Source of the DNA: Hydrolagus colliei
Lineage: Eukaryota
DNA length: 64,000 bases
Reading direction: 5' to 3'
NCBI GenBank assembly: GCA_035084275.1
Contig: CM068755.1
Location: 11,470,001-11,534,000, forward strand
Notes under the pieces: generated by a model
The model's database searches: none
What the model was told of the DNA's origin: nothing
Seen by the model: only the letters and a program-made list of their open reading frames with translations
In this document: one piece after another, positions 37,208-48,925 of the stretch
Position numbering within the stretch: position 1 is the stretch's first letter
Layout: each line of letters begins with the position of its first letter
Translations under genes and position numbers: made by a program

Positions 37208-40200
37208 CTGCCAACAACAACGCCAACACCAGTCAAAAGGGTGAAACTGATGGTATACAAGCTCAAATTACAGGAAAACTGTATTTTTTATGTTACCCTT
37301 CACAATTTGGATTGGCCTCATTCTGTCACTACACAGCTCTGATTATTTGACAGCTAATTTATTTGGAATACCTTCAGAACTGTTTTATTTTTGAACATTT
37401 TACTTTGCAATTTTTAAAAAAATAAATCACATCAGAAGTGCAAAATAACCCATTCTGTACTGTAGTCCTATCAATGTGCCTTGGTCCAAATTGAATGTGC
37501 TAATTAGGAAAACATGGGGATCAAATCAATTACTTCTCACTTTAAATAATAATCCTTACATTTGATATAGTGCCTCAGTGCTCAAGGAAAACAACAAATG
37601 ATATTTGTACGGTGCCTTTCACATTAGGAGGACGTCTTTACACCAATTTTAGTTCACGTGTTTACACAATTTTTGCTGTATTCATATTTTTATACCATAT
37701 TTGCTAGATTCATCTCAACCATGGTGAATTCTCACTTACTGAAGACTCAAGTTACTCTTTTTACTGGTGTGTGTTACTCTACAATTCTATTCTTTTCTGC
37801 TCACATCATGTTACTGTCTTGAGAATGCAACCTTCCCATTGGTAGCACTTCTGTAACAAGCCATATATAACTAAATAATCCAATCCCCAAATTTACAAGG
37901 GCTTTCTATACAACCAAGAGTTGTATAGAATTTGAATAATAATGTATTGCATACAGTGGCTCCTTTTAATAAATGAATCCTGCATCATGAAGACTCATAG
38001 TGTAGTACTGTATATGGACTTCCAAATCCACAGAATTGTCCACCATTAAATTGCTCTGCTTGACAGAATATAAAATGTAATCTGCCTTGATTTTCACTTA
38101 GTAGATACTAGAAATTGGGAAACAGCTGCACCAGGAATAAAAATACTATCATTAGTAAGCCAGCACTCAAACTAAATGGTAATAAAATGTAATTAGGGGC
38201 CTAAAGGGGTGTATTCACATTTTTTGATTTGTAAAAGCAAGATTTGCTTTTGTGATCGAGAAATGTCAAACTGGAAAAATAAGTCATGTATTTGGCTACA
38301 AATTCCACAAGCTATTGAGTGCAGTGACTTTGATGATGAGCTGCCCGTCTCCGTTCATGCACACACTGTCAATATTACCACTTAGAAGGGTGAGGAATTT
38401 CTCACCCACAGCTTCTAAAAGTCCAGTGATTTCTCCAACTGAGGTCTGACCCCAGCCATCTGTCATTTCCATAGAACTCTAAACCTGACTGTGCTACCTA
38501 GTTCAATCACGGACAGCGTCAATTTTTCTTTTAATTCTTCCATGGACTGCTTCCCCTCACAACCTGACCATTCAAATCCTGCGTTTAACTGACATTTTTG
38601 AATGACTGCAGTCATTTCGGACTTTATTCTTTTCAAGCACAATCGTTGCAGCCAGACAGAACACATCATGGCAGATGCAGAAAGATTCTGACAAACTGCG
38701 AACAAAAAAAAACGATGCATTTAACTGCAATGTAATCTAGAATATGGATGTAGTGGAAAACCACACTCTCTCAAAGTCAAAGCAACCAAATGCTATTCAT
38801 AACAGCAGTCCTTCCTTTGAGGTTCTGGTTGCAACAGACTCAGTCGCTGTTACTCCAAGGTTTCATGTTGGCATTTCTGTTTCTTAACATATTTCCAAGG
38901 TCACCCATAATAAAGATGGGAAAATATCATAAATAGCTTTTGTTGCAAACGAATGTTGCTATGTATAAGGGTTCTGAAACTCACCACCTGGACTCGCATA
39001 TGAATACTGTGCCCATGTAGGTGAGGTTCGAGAGTATACTGGCACCCATAGAAATATCTCCCCAGCAAGAGTCAGGACGTTTAAGCGGAAAAAATTGCAG
39101 AGGAAGATAAAACACTTAAAATAGATTTTTCATGATAGAACACGGGTAAGATTCTCTGTTGAATTTTACAAACTATCCTAAAGTTACCATGTGTTCCACA
39201 GTGAACTTTTGCCCAGAAGCCAGATTTTCAGTGAGTTCTTCTATCACTTCCCAGTTAAATTACTGTTCCCTCCTTATTTCTCATGTTATGTCAACATGAG
39301 AGAACATTTCTCTCAGGCGAGTGCCACAGTTACACCTCTGATACTCTGAGTAAAATACCCAAGCAATATGAACTACTGGGAAAAAGTCTCACTGGTGATG
39401 GAGCTCAAATAGGAAACAAAGAAAGGCTTGAGGGGATGGAATGAAAATTCTTGATGCTCATACTGGAGAAATTTCTCTTCGGATCTTCAGTGTGAAACTG
39501 GCTCCTGCTTCTATACAATGATATTAAACCAAGGTCACGTGACATCTTTCTGCCTCAGGTCACATGAGATCAGGAACTAAGCATAGAATCATAATATTAT
39601 ACAAGCACAGAAAATAAGACAGAGTTTGTTCTGAAAGTTGAACTCAGCAAACAATCCGTTTCTCGTGCCATTTCTGAAGATGGGAGTTTAAAATTATTCT
39701 CACCTTTATTTTCAAATCTATGTATTCTTAGTTTCTGTGTGAGCTCTTCGAAAAGAGCTGTCCAAATCAATCCCACTCCCCGCTCTGTTCACATCGCCCT
39801 GCAAACATGTCTTCCCTAAATAAGTATTTACTTCTCTCTTAATATAGCACATAGGAATGAACACCAGTATGTCGCTCGAGATACAGTGTTCATTCTCGTT
39901 TCCGCTTTTAGTCACACTAAAGGTTAGCTACTTCATCTGGGCCACAATCTACATTGTAACCAATGAATGATTCAGAACCAAACGTGACTACTGTATATCT
40001 ACAAACAATATCTTTGATTTTCTTTATAAAACATAAATATTACATCTAACAGAAGCAATTATTAAACCAGAAGCACTTCGAGGAATGCAAGACCAATTGA
40101 GACAAGGCTGCAATATTAATAATAATCAGAAATTTGAGAGCGCTTTTTTAACGTGCTCCAATCTTGGTTCAAAAATCTCAGATTACTTAGATTTGAAATT

Positions 40201-40894
40201 ATAGGCGAGGTTAATTTTAAACTCCCATCTTCAGAAATTGCACGAGAAATTAATAGTTTGCTGAGCACAACGTTCGGACAAATTCCGTCTTATTTTCGAT
40301 TGGAATGCGTCAGTTCCAGACATAGTCCTTTATTGGGAGAGAGTTTTTATACAACAATAAAGAACAACCACTGTGAAGATAATGAGAGAATGGTAATGAG
40401 GACTGACCAGGCTATAGACTTGTGAGCATCAAAGCAAGCTTTACCATTTAAAAAAAATAACAGTCCTCTTTATAGGTTTTGCATTGTGATAACATGGTAT
40501 GTTCTCGACAGTCACAGAGAGGAGAGTAAGTGCTACTGCCTCACTGAGATTGATGAATTAGGTAAATGGATCTCATCTGAACAGAACTGGGACCTCTTGC
40601 TCCAGCATGGCATCAGCTGAATAAGCAAGTACCGTATCAGGTTAATGCAATCAACGTTTCATCATTTGTGCTCAGTGAAAAACCTGCTTACTTCACCTTT
40701 TGGAATTCTGAACCCACTCAGGCACAACAGAGCTTGTTTTTTGGTTTGGGGGCAAAGGAGACTTGGTGACTGGCAAATAGTGGGAGAGAAGTGGAACGGT
40801 ACTTGTTTTTCTATTTTTAAGTAGCTGGAACACTCATTCAGAATTCTGATGATTTTCAAATTGAAAGGAAAATAACATCATTCACTTAATGAAT

Positions 40895-41100
40895 ATTCTG
40901 TAAAGTCAATTCGCTTTACAATGTATTCTGTGCAGCACTCTGAGACATCTAGAAGATGTGAAAAGCGCTATATCAAATGCAAGGATTATTATTATATCAT
41001 TCAACATAACCACGACACATTTGGAGGAAGCTCTGTGAAGTGCTTTAAGACTTTTTGATATGATGAGGCACTATGTCAAATGCAAGGATTATTATTATTA
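40895..41100 (+). mobile_element. Two tandem SINE tails
   Basis: gagacatctagaagatgtgaaaagcgctatatcaaatgcaaggattattatta, followed about 35 bp later by a second decayed tail. Confidence 0.8.
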
Positions 41101-41397
41101 CTACTTTCCAAAAAATTATATTTGTATTCATGGATTGAGTATGATTCAATTAACATGGTTCTTTTTGAGGACTTTAAAATAAAACTCACGAAGAATAAAA
41201 CACATAAGGTTCAAAGTTAAATCCAATGTATCTAGAAGGCTTTGAAACAGAATTTTAAACATATTCACTTGCAAGGATTCCAGCACGTTTCAGTGAAACC
41301 CTTGATTATAAAATAATATGGATAAAACACAAACAATGTCTAATTAAAATATGTACATTTTATAAGCAAAGGCACCACAGTGTGATAAGTTCCAGAA

Positions 41398-41624
41398 AAG
41401 TGGTAGCCAACGTTTTGGATCGATCAACGATATAGATTTTCCTGATTGAATACTTCTTCATTTATTGCTGCAGCAAGGGCATCGACACTCAGAATCTACT
41501 GGAAAACAAGGCATTGATTTGGAACAGACTTGTCTGGACTGTGTGAGTGTTTGTGGGGGGAGGCATTTTTTGATGGCCTTGAGGGCCACTTCCGGCCCCC
41601 GGGCCATCGGTTGGCCAACGCCTG
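41398..41624. mobile_element. Decayed non-autonomous hAT (Charlie-like) DNA transposon
   Basis: Right end gggccacttccggcccccgggccatcggttggccaacgcctg and left end agtggtagccaacgtttt resemble hAT-Charlie termini; TSD not convincingly preserved. Confidence 0.5.
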
Positions 41625-42062
41625 TTTAGAGGTTTCTGCTCCCGTTTGCTGGCAAGGATTGTATTGCTTCTGAAACTAAGAATTCCTCAATTTTAGCTGA
41701 GCTGCAATTGAGTAGCTGCTGGGCATCGGGCAGCCATTGGGAGAGGGGCTCAGTTACAATGAATTGTTCAGAAACTTGAACGAAGCTTTATCCAGTGAAT
41801 GCTTTCAAGTTGTTGAACGATCACTTTTCGTGGTAAAGCTATTGAAAGCAGCCTTCACTTTCTTGATGATATTTGACATTGACTTCCCCCCTCCTCTTCC
41901 CCCCACCCCCACCCACAAAAAAAGTGGACTAAAGTTTAAGAAACATAGTTCATGCTCACATACTGCTTCAATACTGAATGTTTCCATGATGATTTTGCAG
42001 CAAAAAAAAAGCAGTGCTTTAACTACATACAGCCAATGTTGGTAAGTACACCGTAAACCGAC

Positions 42063-42299
42063 CTGACAAATTCCACTGATGCACATATTCAAAGTCTCGG
42101 TGTTGCACCGGGTACCATCAAGCACTTTGGGCGATAATTCCACAATCAAACTTGTTCCCAAAGCCTGACATTTCAGAGCACATGGATTATCTGGGTCACC
42201 GTATACAGGAATCCATTCATAAGATTGTCCCTGGTGTTTCATATCATTATGTGCAGAACACTGCTGACCTCGGAAATCACCGGCCTCAGGAGGGCAATC
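42063..42299 (-). CDS. adamtsl3: ADAMTSL3 coding exon (237 nt): cysteine-rich module
   Basis: DCPPEAGDFRGQQCSAHND...CALKCQALG...ELSPKVLDGTRC...CISGICQ within ORF 41805..42680; acceptor ttaaag, donor gtcggt. Confidence 0.96.
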
Positions 42300-42469
42300 C
42301 TTTAAACACAGATAAAGTACAAAGTGAACATAGAAGAAACTAAGAACTAACAGTGTTGCAAGGCACACACATACACACACACTCATTCTGCATCTCAAAA
42401 TCGTGGGAAATATGCAATAATGCATAGCATTGAAAGAGATGAAGGACTGAGATGAAATGGAACAATACA

Positions 42470-42810
42470 CAGTGGGATAGCATAACAGCCTCTCACCACT
42501 GAGACCAGAATTCAAACAAACCCATCCCAAATTGATGGAATGAAAGTCTTCTTTGTTGCTTGACTCTGAATCCTCTTGCAGAGGTAAGAGCCTTTTGTAA
42601 AACTGATTTGTGCAGACCTTAAACCACCAACATGAATTCAAACAACTTTGCCCTTGATTTGGAGCTAAATTGGCAATCACACTGAGAAAGTCCTCTGGGT
42701 GGGTAGTGAGGAACGCAAAATGTCATGCTTTGTGCAATTGAAAGTGTTCCTCTGGGATTGGTGCTGGGATGCATTACTAAGGCTTCGTAGAGAAACCCTT
42801 ACTCCATAGT
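42470..42810 (+). mobile_element. Ancient LF-SINE-like element, decayed
   Basis: gcctctcaccactgagacc...ttgatggaatgaaagtct...tttggagctaaattggcaatcacactgagaaag follows the LF-SINE-like motif order as recalled; a related piece is at 44430-44580. Confidence 0.5.
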
Positions 42811-44872
42811 TCTTAAAAGAAAGAACCTGCTTCCAATTTGTGGTGGAATTTAATAATTTTCCTTAATTCGGCGTGAATTAAATTTTTACAAGTTAAAGAC
42901 CATGTAAAATTTTGGACCTTGAGTGAAAAGAGAAAGAAAACGAGAGAAAGTCCCAGCTACAGAAACGGAAAGCGAACCCAGTCTCAATCCTCAGTGGAGA
43001 AAGGCCACAGTGAATAAAGTGATGGGTGATGCCTTATTAATGCGATCCGAACTATACATTACTCTAGATGTACCAGATACCTGTAACAGATAGAAATTAT
43101 TTCTGTTGTTCGCTTACGAAGCGAACAACAGGTGATAACTGCTACTACTGGCAATAAAAGATAAATGTCCCCCAAAAGGCCGAAATAGTTCCGGAAAAGC
43201 AGTGTATATGTAAGGCTGTTGTACATGCAGAACACTTGGATTTACAAGACCTTTACAAGACCTCGTGAAACCTTTGCTCTTGTAGTTGATGAGGTCATTA
43301 ACTAACTTGATACTTTACTACTTTCAGCCGCTGTGTTGCTGATTTAACAACAAAAGTAAATTTAAGGAGCTGGACACAGGGTATATAGTCTTTACTATAT
43401 AAAACTGCTCATTATGAAAATAACTTGCCTAGAAATCACACAACGTCAATACAACATTTATTTACTAACCTCATAATGGTAATAATTCTCAGACATTAAT
43501 GTGTAAATATTAGAAATGCATTTAAAAAAAATATTTTTAATATCAACAAATACAGTCCTCAATGTGTACTTAAATAACATGGCTGGCACGTCTGCTTATT
43601 ATTCATTCTCAGATATATTATTCTTATAAAACAAAATTACCTTAAATCAATAGAAATTCAATAGGAATCACTAAAAAGAAAATTGGAATTCGGAAATGTT
43701 ATAGTTTTCTCAAGACTAATTAATGTGCAGAAGAGAAACATTTACAAAAGAGCAAATTTTTGGTTGAGTCGTTTCAACATTAGCTTGGGAACAATAATGA
43801 TCATTCCAGTAGTTAGTTTTATGAGGTTCTACTTATTCCCACAGGAATAGATGTGTTGGAATTTTCATAATGGTCTTACACATGCATGTCCTGCTGATAG
43901 AGCTAAGAAAAATGCTTTACAGTCCAAACAATTATAAACCACCATGAGATGCTACTGACAGGATAGAATTTGAAACATCAGAGACATTTTTAGCCGATGG
44001 ATCCAATTGTGGGCATTCTGTTCACGTGTACGTTTCCAAACATATGTGAACCAGCAAATACACTTAAAATGTGAACTAAATAATGTACAACTAAAATGTG
44101 AAATATTTCTAAGTTTTTAATCAAGCACCATTATTCTTTTACTGGTAGTACTGTTCCACAAGCTCTAGACATATTCTGCTATTTCACCCAATTGGCTATA
44201 TGAATATCTGAACCATGGCAGGCTATTTGACAGTGGCGGGTGGGTGGTGGGTTGGGAGGAGTGAGAAGAGGAGCTAAGATTATTTCATCACCGACCAGAA
44301 GTCAAACAATTTTGGTTTGTGTATGCTCAGCAACTCACTGGATAAATTCACCTGTACTATTGGAAGAGCTGTTCGAAGATATGAATCCTATTTTACAATG
44401 AACCCAACCAAGCAGCAAACGGTGATCACAGTGATTTTATGCCTCTAGACCTTGCGTTCAAATTCAACCCATAATTTATGGCTGAAACTTCCCTCTCTTT
44501 GCTAGCTGTAAGGTTCCTAATGCATTGATGTTAACCAGTTCAACATAACTCCGAGAAAGTGCAGTCTCAAAACCACTACTACTGATGCTGTACTGTCAAT
44601 CAAATGTAGAGAAGCCATTCAGATATTGGTATGGGATGTAGAATTAGCGTACTTTGTAGCTGCATCAACAGACTCCATACTGATGCTTGGAATCCATTCC
44701 TCTATAATAATATCTGCAATCATCAGGAGGATTGACATTTCTATTCTTAGTTATAAAACCATACACAGAGAAGAAAGCTTTGACACCAAATTGAACATTG
44801 GAGTCCACCCAGCAGTTTTCATAGAGACCTTTGCATATGTGCGTACAAAAATACATTTTATTCACTACTTAC

Positions 44873-44918
44873 CACACTGCTACAAGTTTTATACCTAATA
44901 TTTCGCCCTTCGCAATGC
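44873..44918 (-). CDS. adamtsl3: ADAMTSL3 coding exon (46 nt): end of TSR1
   Basis: (R)HCEGRNIRYKTCSSV; acceptor tttcctgtctcctag, donor gtaagt; phase 2 to 0 fits its neighbours. Confidence 0.93.
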
Positions 44919-47161
44919 CTAGGAGACAGGAAATAAAACAAAATGACAGAGAACAATCTTTGAAAATGTGAAATTAACACATGTCAAACAATTTACAACA
45001 GCTTCCTTTATTCAGCCAATCTCACATGTGCGAATGACTCAACAAAGGAAGTCTCCATGGTAGAAATCCTCTAATCCTAAATATTTTTTAATTCTCTTTG
45101 CTAATAATAAATGTAAGGTTTTAGCCAAGAATATAAGCCAATTGCATCAAATGAAATCATTCTTGTCAGGGGCTTTTGCTCTGATCCTAAATCAAGTTAA
45201 ATTTTATTTCACCTGTCAAAACACGAGTAGAGCATACCTGCCAGAAGCTTATATATAATGAAACTACTCATTGATAAAAATCCAACTGAGCATGAACAAG
45301 CACATTCAATCCAGAAAAGCTGAGCCCATACTATTTTAATACTGTAATTTGTTTTTACATTCCCTACTCCTATCATGATCAAATGCTTACCATCAAAATA
45401 AAACTCCCTTTCATGTGTATTTGTTAAAAGTAAGTCGATTACATATAGTTAACCATTATTAAAGGTCATTCAAATGGATCCAGAATACACCAACAACTCA
45501 CTTGATCATGTGTATCAATCACAATTATGGTTAAGAAAAGAGTCCACATTGCTGAGGTTTCTTCAAGATTATAGTGAATAATCTGTTTTTCTGGCAAACA
45601 CAGTCTATTACACAATGAAGGTACTGTTGTTATTATTATTCATCATGCAAGTGGTTTCTGATTCTCAATCTCTAAATACATCCCCGGTTTTAGCAACCGG
45701 AGATCATAGTCGGGCTATTAATTCAGGCATCACAAGCAAAATAGTGCACTGTATAAACACTATGAAAAATGTAAATATAGGCACAAATCTTTTGCCTGGG
45801 GACTTGCTTTATATCCAACATAAACAAGTGTGGTTCACTTCATAAGCCAGCTCCGAGGCACATATTTAGGTGAAATAGCTTGGTAGAAGCAGTGTCTCAT
45901 AACACCTTAAGTAGACACTGCTAGGATATAGACATCAGTTTCAATGCATTACATATCCTTGCTGTGAATGGGGGCCTGTGGTTTGGCAAGCACTGTAGCA
46001 GGTCTTATGTTACACATAGTCCAAGGTGAACAAAATGCCACATGGAGTTTCATTGCCACAGAATGAATGCAATGTTGTGTCATTCTCATTGGCACAGAAT
46101 ATTAATGAAACATTTGTTTCAGCAGTTTAAATCGTCATAGAATAACAAGCTGAAGCAAACGGGAGGAGTGTCGGGGGATTTAACTGTGGTGACCCCAGTT
46201 GAGGAAAGCTCGGTTGCTTCTATGATAAAGAAAACCAACCTTAAGAGGGTGGGCACATAAGAGTGAAGGAAGTGCATTTATCGGCTCCCAATAATGCCTT
46301 CAGTACTATGCAGTTCTGTAGTGTGACAGATATCACAAGAAAGGCACAAAAAGCCATTCCAACATTAATGTAATCTTTAAGTTAAAGTATGACCTGGAAA
46401 TAGTATTGCAGTGTATTGGCTTAGCATGCAGAAAATGTTGACAGTTCTTGTTACTTGGGGTTTAGAATTGTTTGATACCGTAACTGGTAGAACCATCAGG
46501 TCTCTCTGAGCAAGTCAGCCCTGCAGGGAGTACAGCCACTGGACATTGTATATATCAGCTGAGGAGCAGTCACACAAGATAAACAGGTAGAAGTTGATCA
46601 AACCCTGGTGGAGTGTGTGGCACATTGCTGGCGGTTATAAAGGTTGACAACTCTCGGACAATAAATCATATAGACCCAAGCAAAAAACCTCTGTGTTCCT
46701 TCATTGAAGAAATCAGCACGGCATATCTGCTTTTAGAGAGACAATGTAGAGAAGCTGACTGAGGATCTTGATTCAGCAAACTGTGTAACGCCATGAGAAA
46801 TTGAACATCCACCAGAAAAGTAGCAGGTATTGATTTGATGTGTCACCCCAAGGACACTACCTCCAACACTGCAGCAACTCCCACACCACAGAACTGATGT
46901 GTTAACTTGTGGTAGGACCAAAAGGAGGGATGGAGGAAGGTCGTTTGCCAAAAACATCATTAAGGTCTGAAGTGGAAGAGGAAGGTGAACAAAATACATG
47001 ATATCTCTTTGTAATAGAACTAGTAGATAAAGACCAGGGCAATCCATAATTAAAATATTAATTCCATTGTCTTGTGAAAATCTTGGCCATTTATACATTT
47101 GTCTGACATTGCACGTGATCACTTTATTCCTGCAGGAGTGAAATTAGAACCTGGCTCTGAC

Positions 47162-47289
47162 CTGATGTTTAAGCATCTTCTGAGAGAGTACGAGGCTCCT
47201 CCTCCACAAGTCCGAGAACAGTCGCTCCAAGACCCCCAGGCATCCCATCCAAAAGCCTTATCCTCATCTGAACGTGTGCTCCTGGATGT
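47162..47289 (-). CDS. adamtsl3: ADAMTSL3 coding exon (128 nt): N-terminal segment and first half of TSR1
   Basis: Translates TSRSTRSDEDKAFGWDAWGSWSDCSRTCGGGASYSLRRCLNI(R); acceptor tttgtag, donor AG|gtcaga; matches the ADAMTSL1/3 TSR1 start. Missed by the ORF track. Confidence 0.95.
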
Positions 47290-47524
47290 CTACAAATCAG
47301 GAAGGTAAAACCATATCAGAAATGTCTATGAACTAGATCAGTTTGAAATACACACTCTATTAAAGAGATAAAATTCTTGCGGTTGGATTCAGGAAAATAA
47401 TTAGCAAATTACAATAATTTCAGATCTCCATATCAAATGTCAAGTAATAAAATGACAAATTACTTGTTGAATTTAAATACATCTTACTCCACATTGCACT
47501 ATGTCTCCTTAGTACTGAAAACTG

Positions 47525-47640
47525 CTCATGGGGAAAGAGTAGGGAAATGGAACTGAAAAGATTTCTCTTGAGGGAGCTGGCTCCGATACGATGAGTTGAA
47601 TGGTTTTCTTCTGTGCCGTACATTTCTATGGTTCTATGGA
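47525..47640 (+). mobile_element. CR1/HER1-type 3' tail
   Basis: atggggaaagagtagggaaatgg...gagctggctccgatacgatgagttgaatggttttcttctgtgccgtacatttctatggttctatg. Confidence 0.7.
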
Positions 47641-48066
47641 ATTTTATTGACTCCCCATCAGCGCATGAGATTATAGCTTTCAGGCTTGTTAATTTTTTAT
47701 TTTTTAAACTTGCTTCAGTTAGATCAGTGCTTACAGGATCTAATGAGTCTTTGAAATAAACCACATGTTAATAGAGGAAATGTGTAAAGCATTAAAGCCA
47801 AAACAGCAGATTGACAAAAAGCCGAGTTTCCGGCGGACACTTCAATACGATCTGTGTCCATTAACAAAAATTTGCTTCAACCAGTAGGAATGCAACTTTA
47901 ATAAATGCACAGCCCCACTTCATAACAAAGGTTAACTGCACTTAATGAGGATGTAGTGCACTGACACAGATGTTCATGAGGCATTTAGTTTTCTGCTACA
48001 ATACTCAAAGCTGGATTCATTTGAAATGTAAAGTGTTTGGCAAACAGCACGGATTCATGGGACCAT

Positions 48067-48596
48067 CAACAACAGCAACAAAATTACATTTACAGAGCAT
48101 CTTTCATGTCAGGAGGAATCCCAAGGCATTGAACAGTCAGGGGTCGGGACCCAAGCAAGGGGGAGGGGCAGAGTAAGGGTAAGGGGAGAGAGAGAGTTGG
48201 GAGAGCGGCAGAAGGCACAATCGAAGAGGAGGATCTTGAGCCCAGCCTTGACGGAGGTAAGGGAGGAAGCAGGTCGGATAGATAGGGAGGGGCAAGGCCG
48301 TGAATGGCCTTGAAAGTGAGGCCGAAGATCTTGAATTCAATCCTCTGGGGAATGGGGAGCCAATGGAGCTGGGCGAGGGTGGGAGTGATGTGGTCGTGGA
48401 GCTTAGTGAGAGAGGACACGAGCTGCAGAGTTCTGGATGATCTGCAGCTTGTGAAGGGAATAGCCAGAAAGTCCAACGAGTAGGGTGTTTCCAGCTTTGA
48501 TGTGATGAGTGCATAGACAAGAGTTTCGGCAGCCTGAAGGGTGAGGCAGTGGCAGAGTCTGGCAATGTTATGGAAGTGGTGGATGGCGTGGAACAT
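48067..48596 (-). mobile_element. L2 LINE 3' fragment
   Basis: ORF 48090..48596 contains HHFHNIARL...AAETLVYALITSKL and DHITPTLAQLHWLPIPQRIEFKIFGLTFKAIHGLAPPYLSDLL; (TTG)n tail at 48067. Confidence 0.92.
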
Positions 48597-48684
48597 CTGA
48601 CTAAACGTTTGAAGTTGAATCTGTTTTAGATCTTAAGCAGGAATTGCATTTGAAATAAAAAAATCTATAAATGTTTATTTGAAA

Positions 48685-48925
48685 TTAAAACATAGCGGGG
48701 ATGTGGGGCAGGAAGGACAGTTCAGGGTCAAACAGGTTCCTGACTGGCTTCAAGAGATGGAGAGTGCAGCCTTGGATGCTGATGCTGCCAGCGCCTGAGG
48801 AACGGAGGCGCTGACGCGAGTCAATCAGGAGGGCCTCAGTCTTGCTGACATTGAGCTGAAGAAAGTTGAACCTCGTCCAGCACTTGATGTCAGACAGGCA
48901 GGCTGTCACGACGCTAACAATGAGC
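48685..48925 (-). mobile_element. L2 LINE ORF2 fragment, probably the upstream part of the same copy
   Basis: ACLSDIKCWTRFNFLQLNVSKTEALLI...VRNL-FDPELSFLPHI; colinear with 48067-48596 across an 88-bp AT-rich gap. Confidence 0.88.

Noticed and set aside
41805-42680. 291-aa ORF as a stand-alone gene
   Set aside because: Only 42063-42299 is coding and bounded by splice sites; the rest is intron and decayed SINE that happen to be open.
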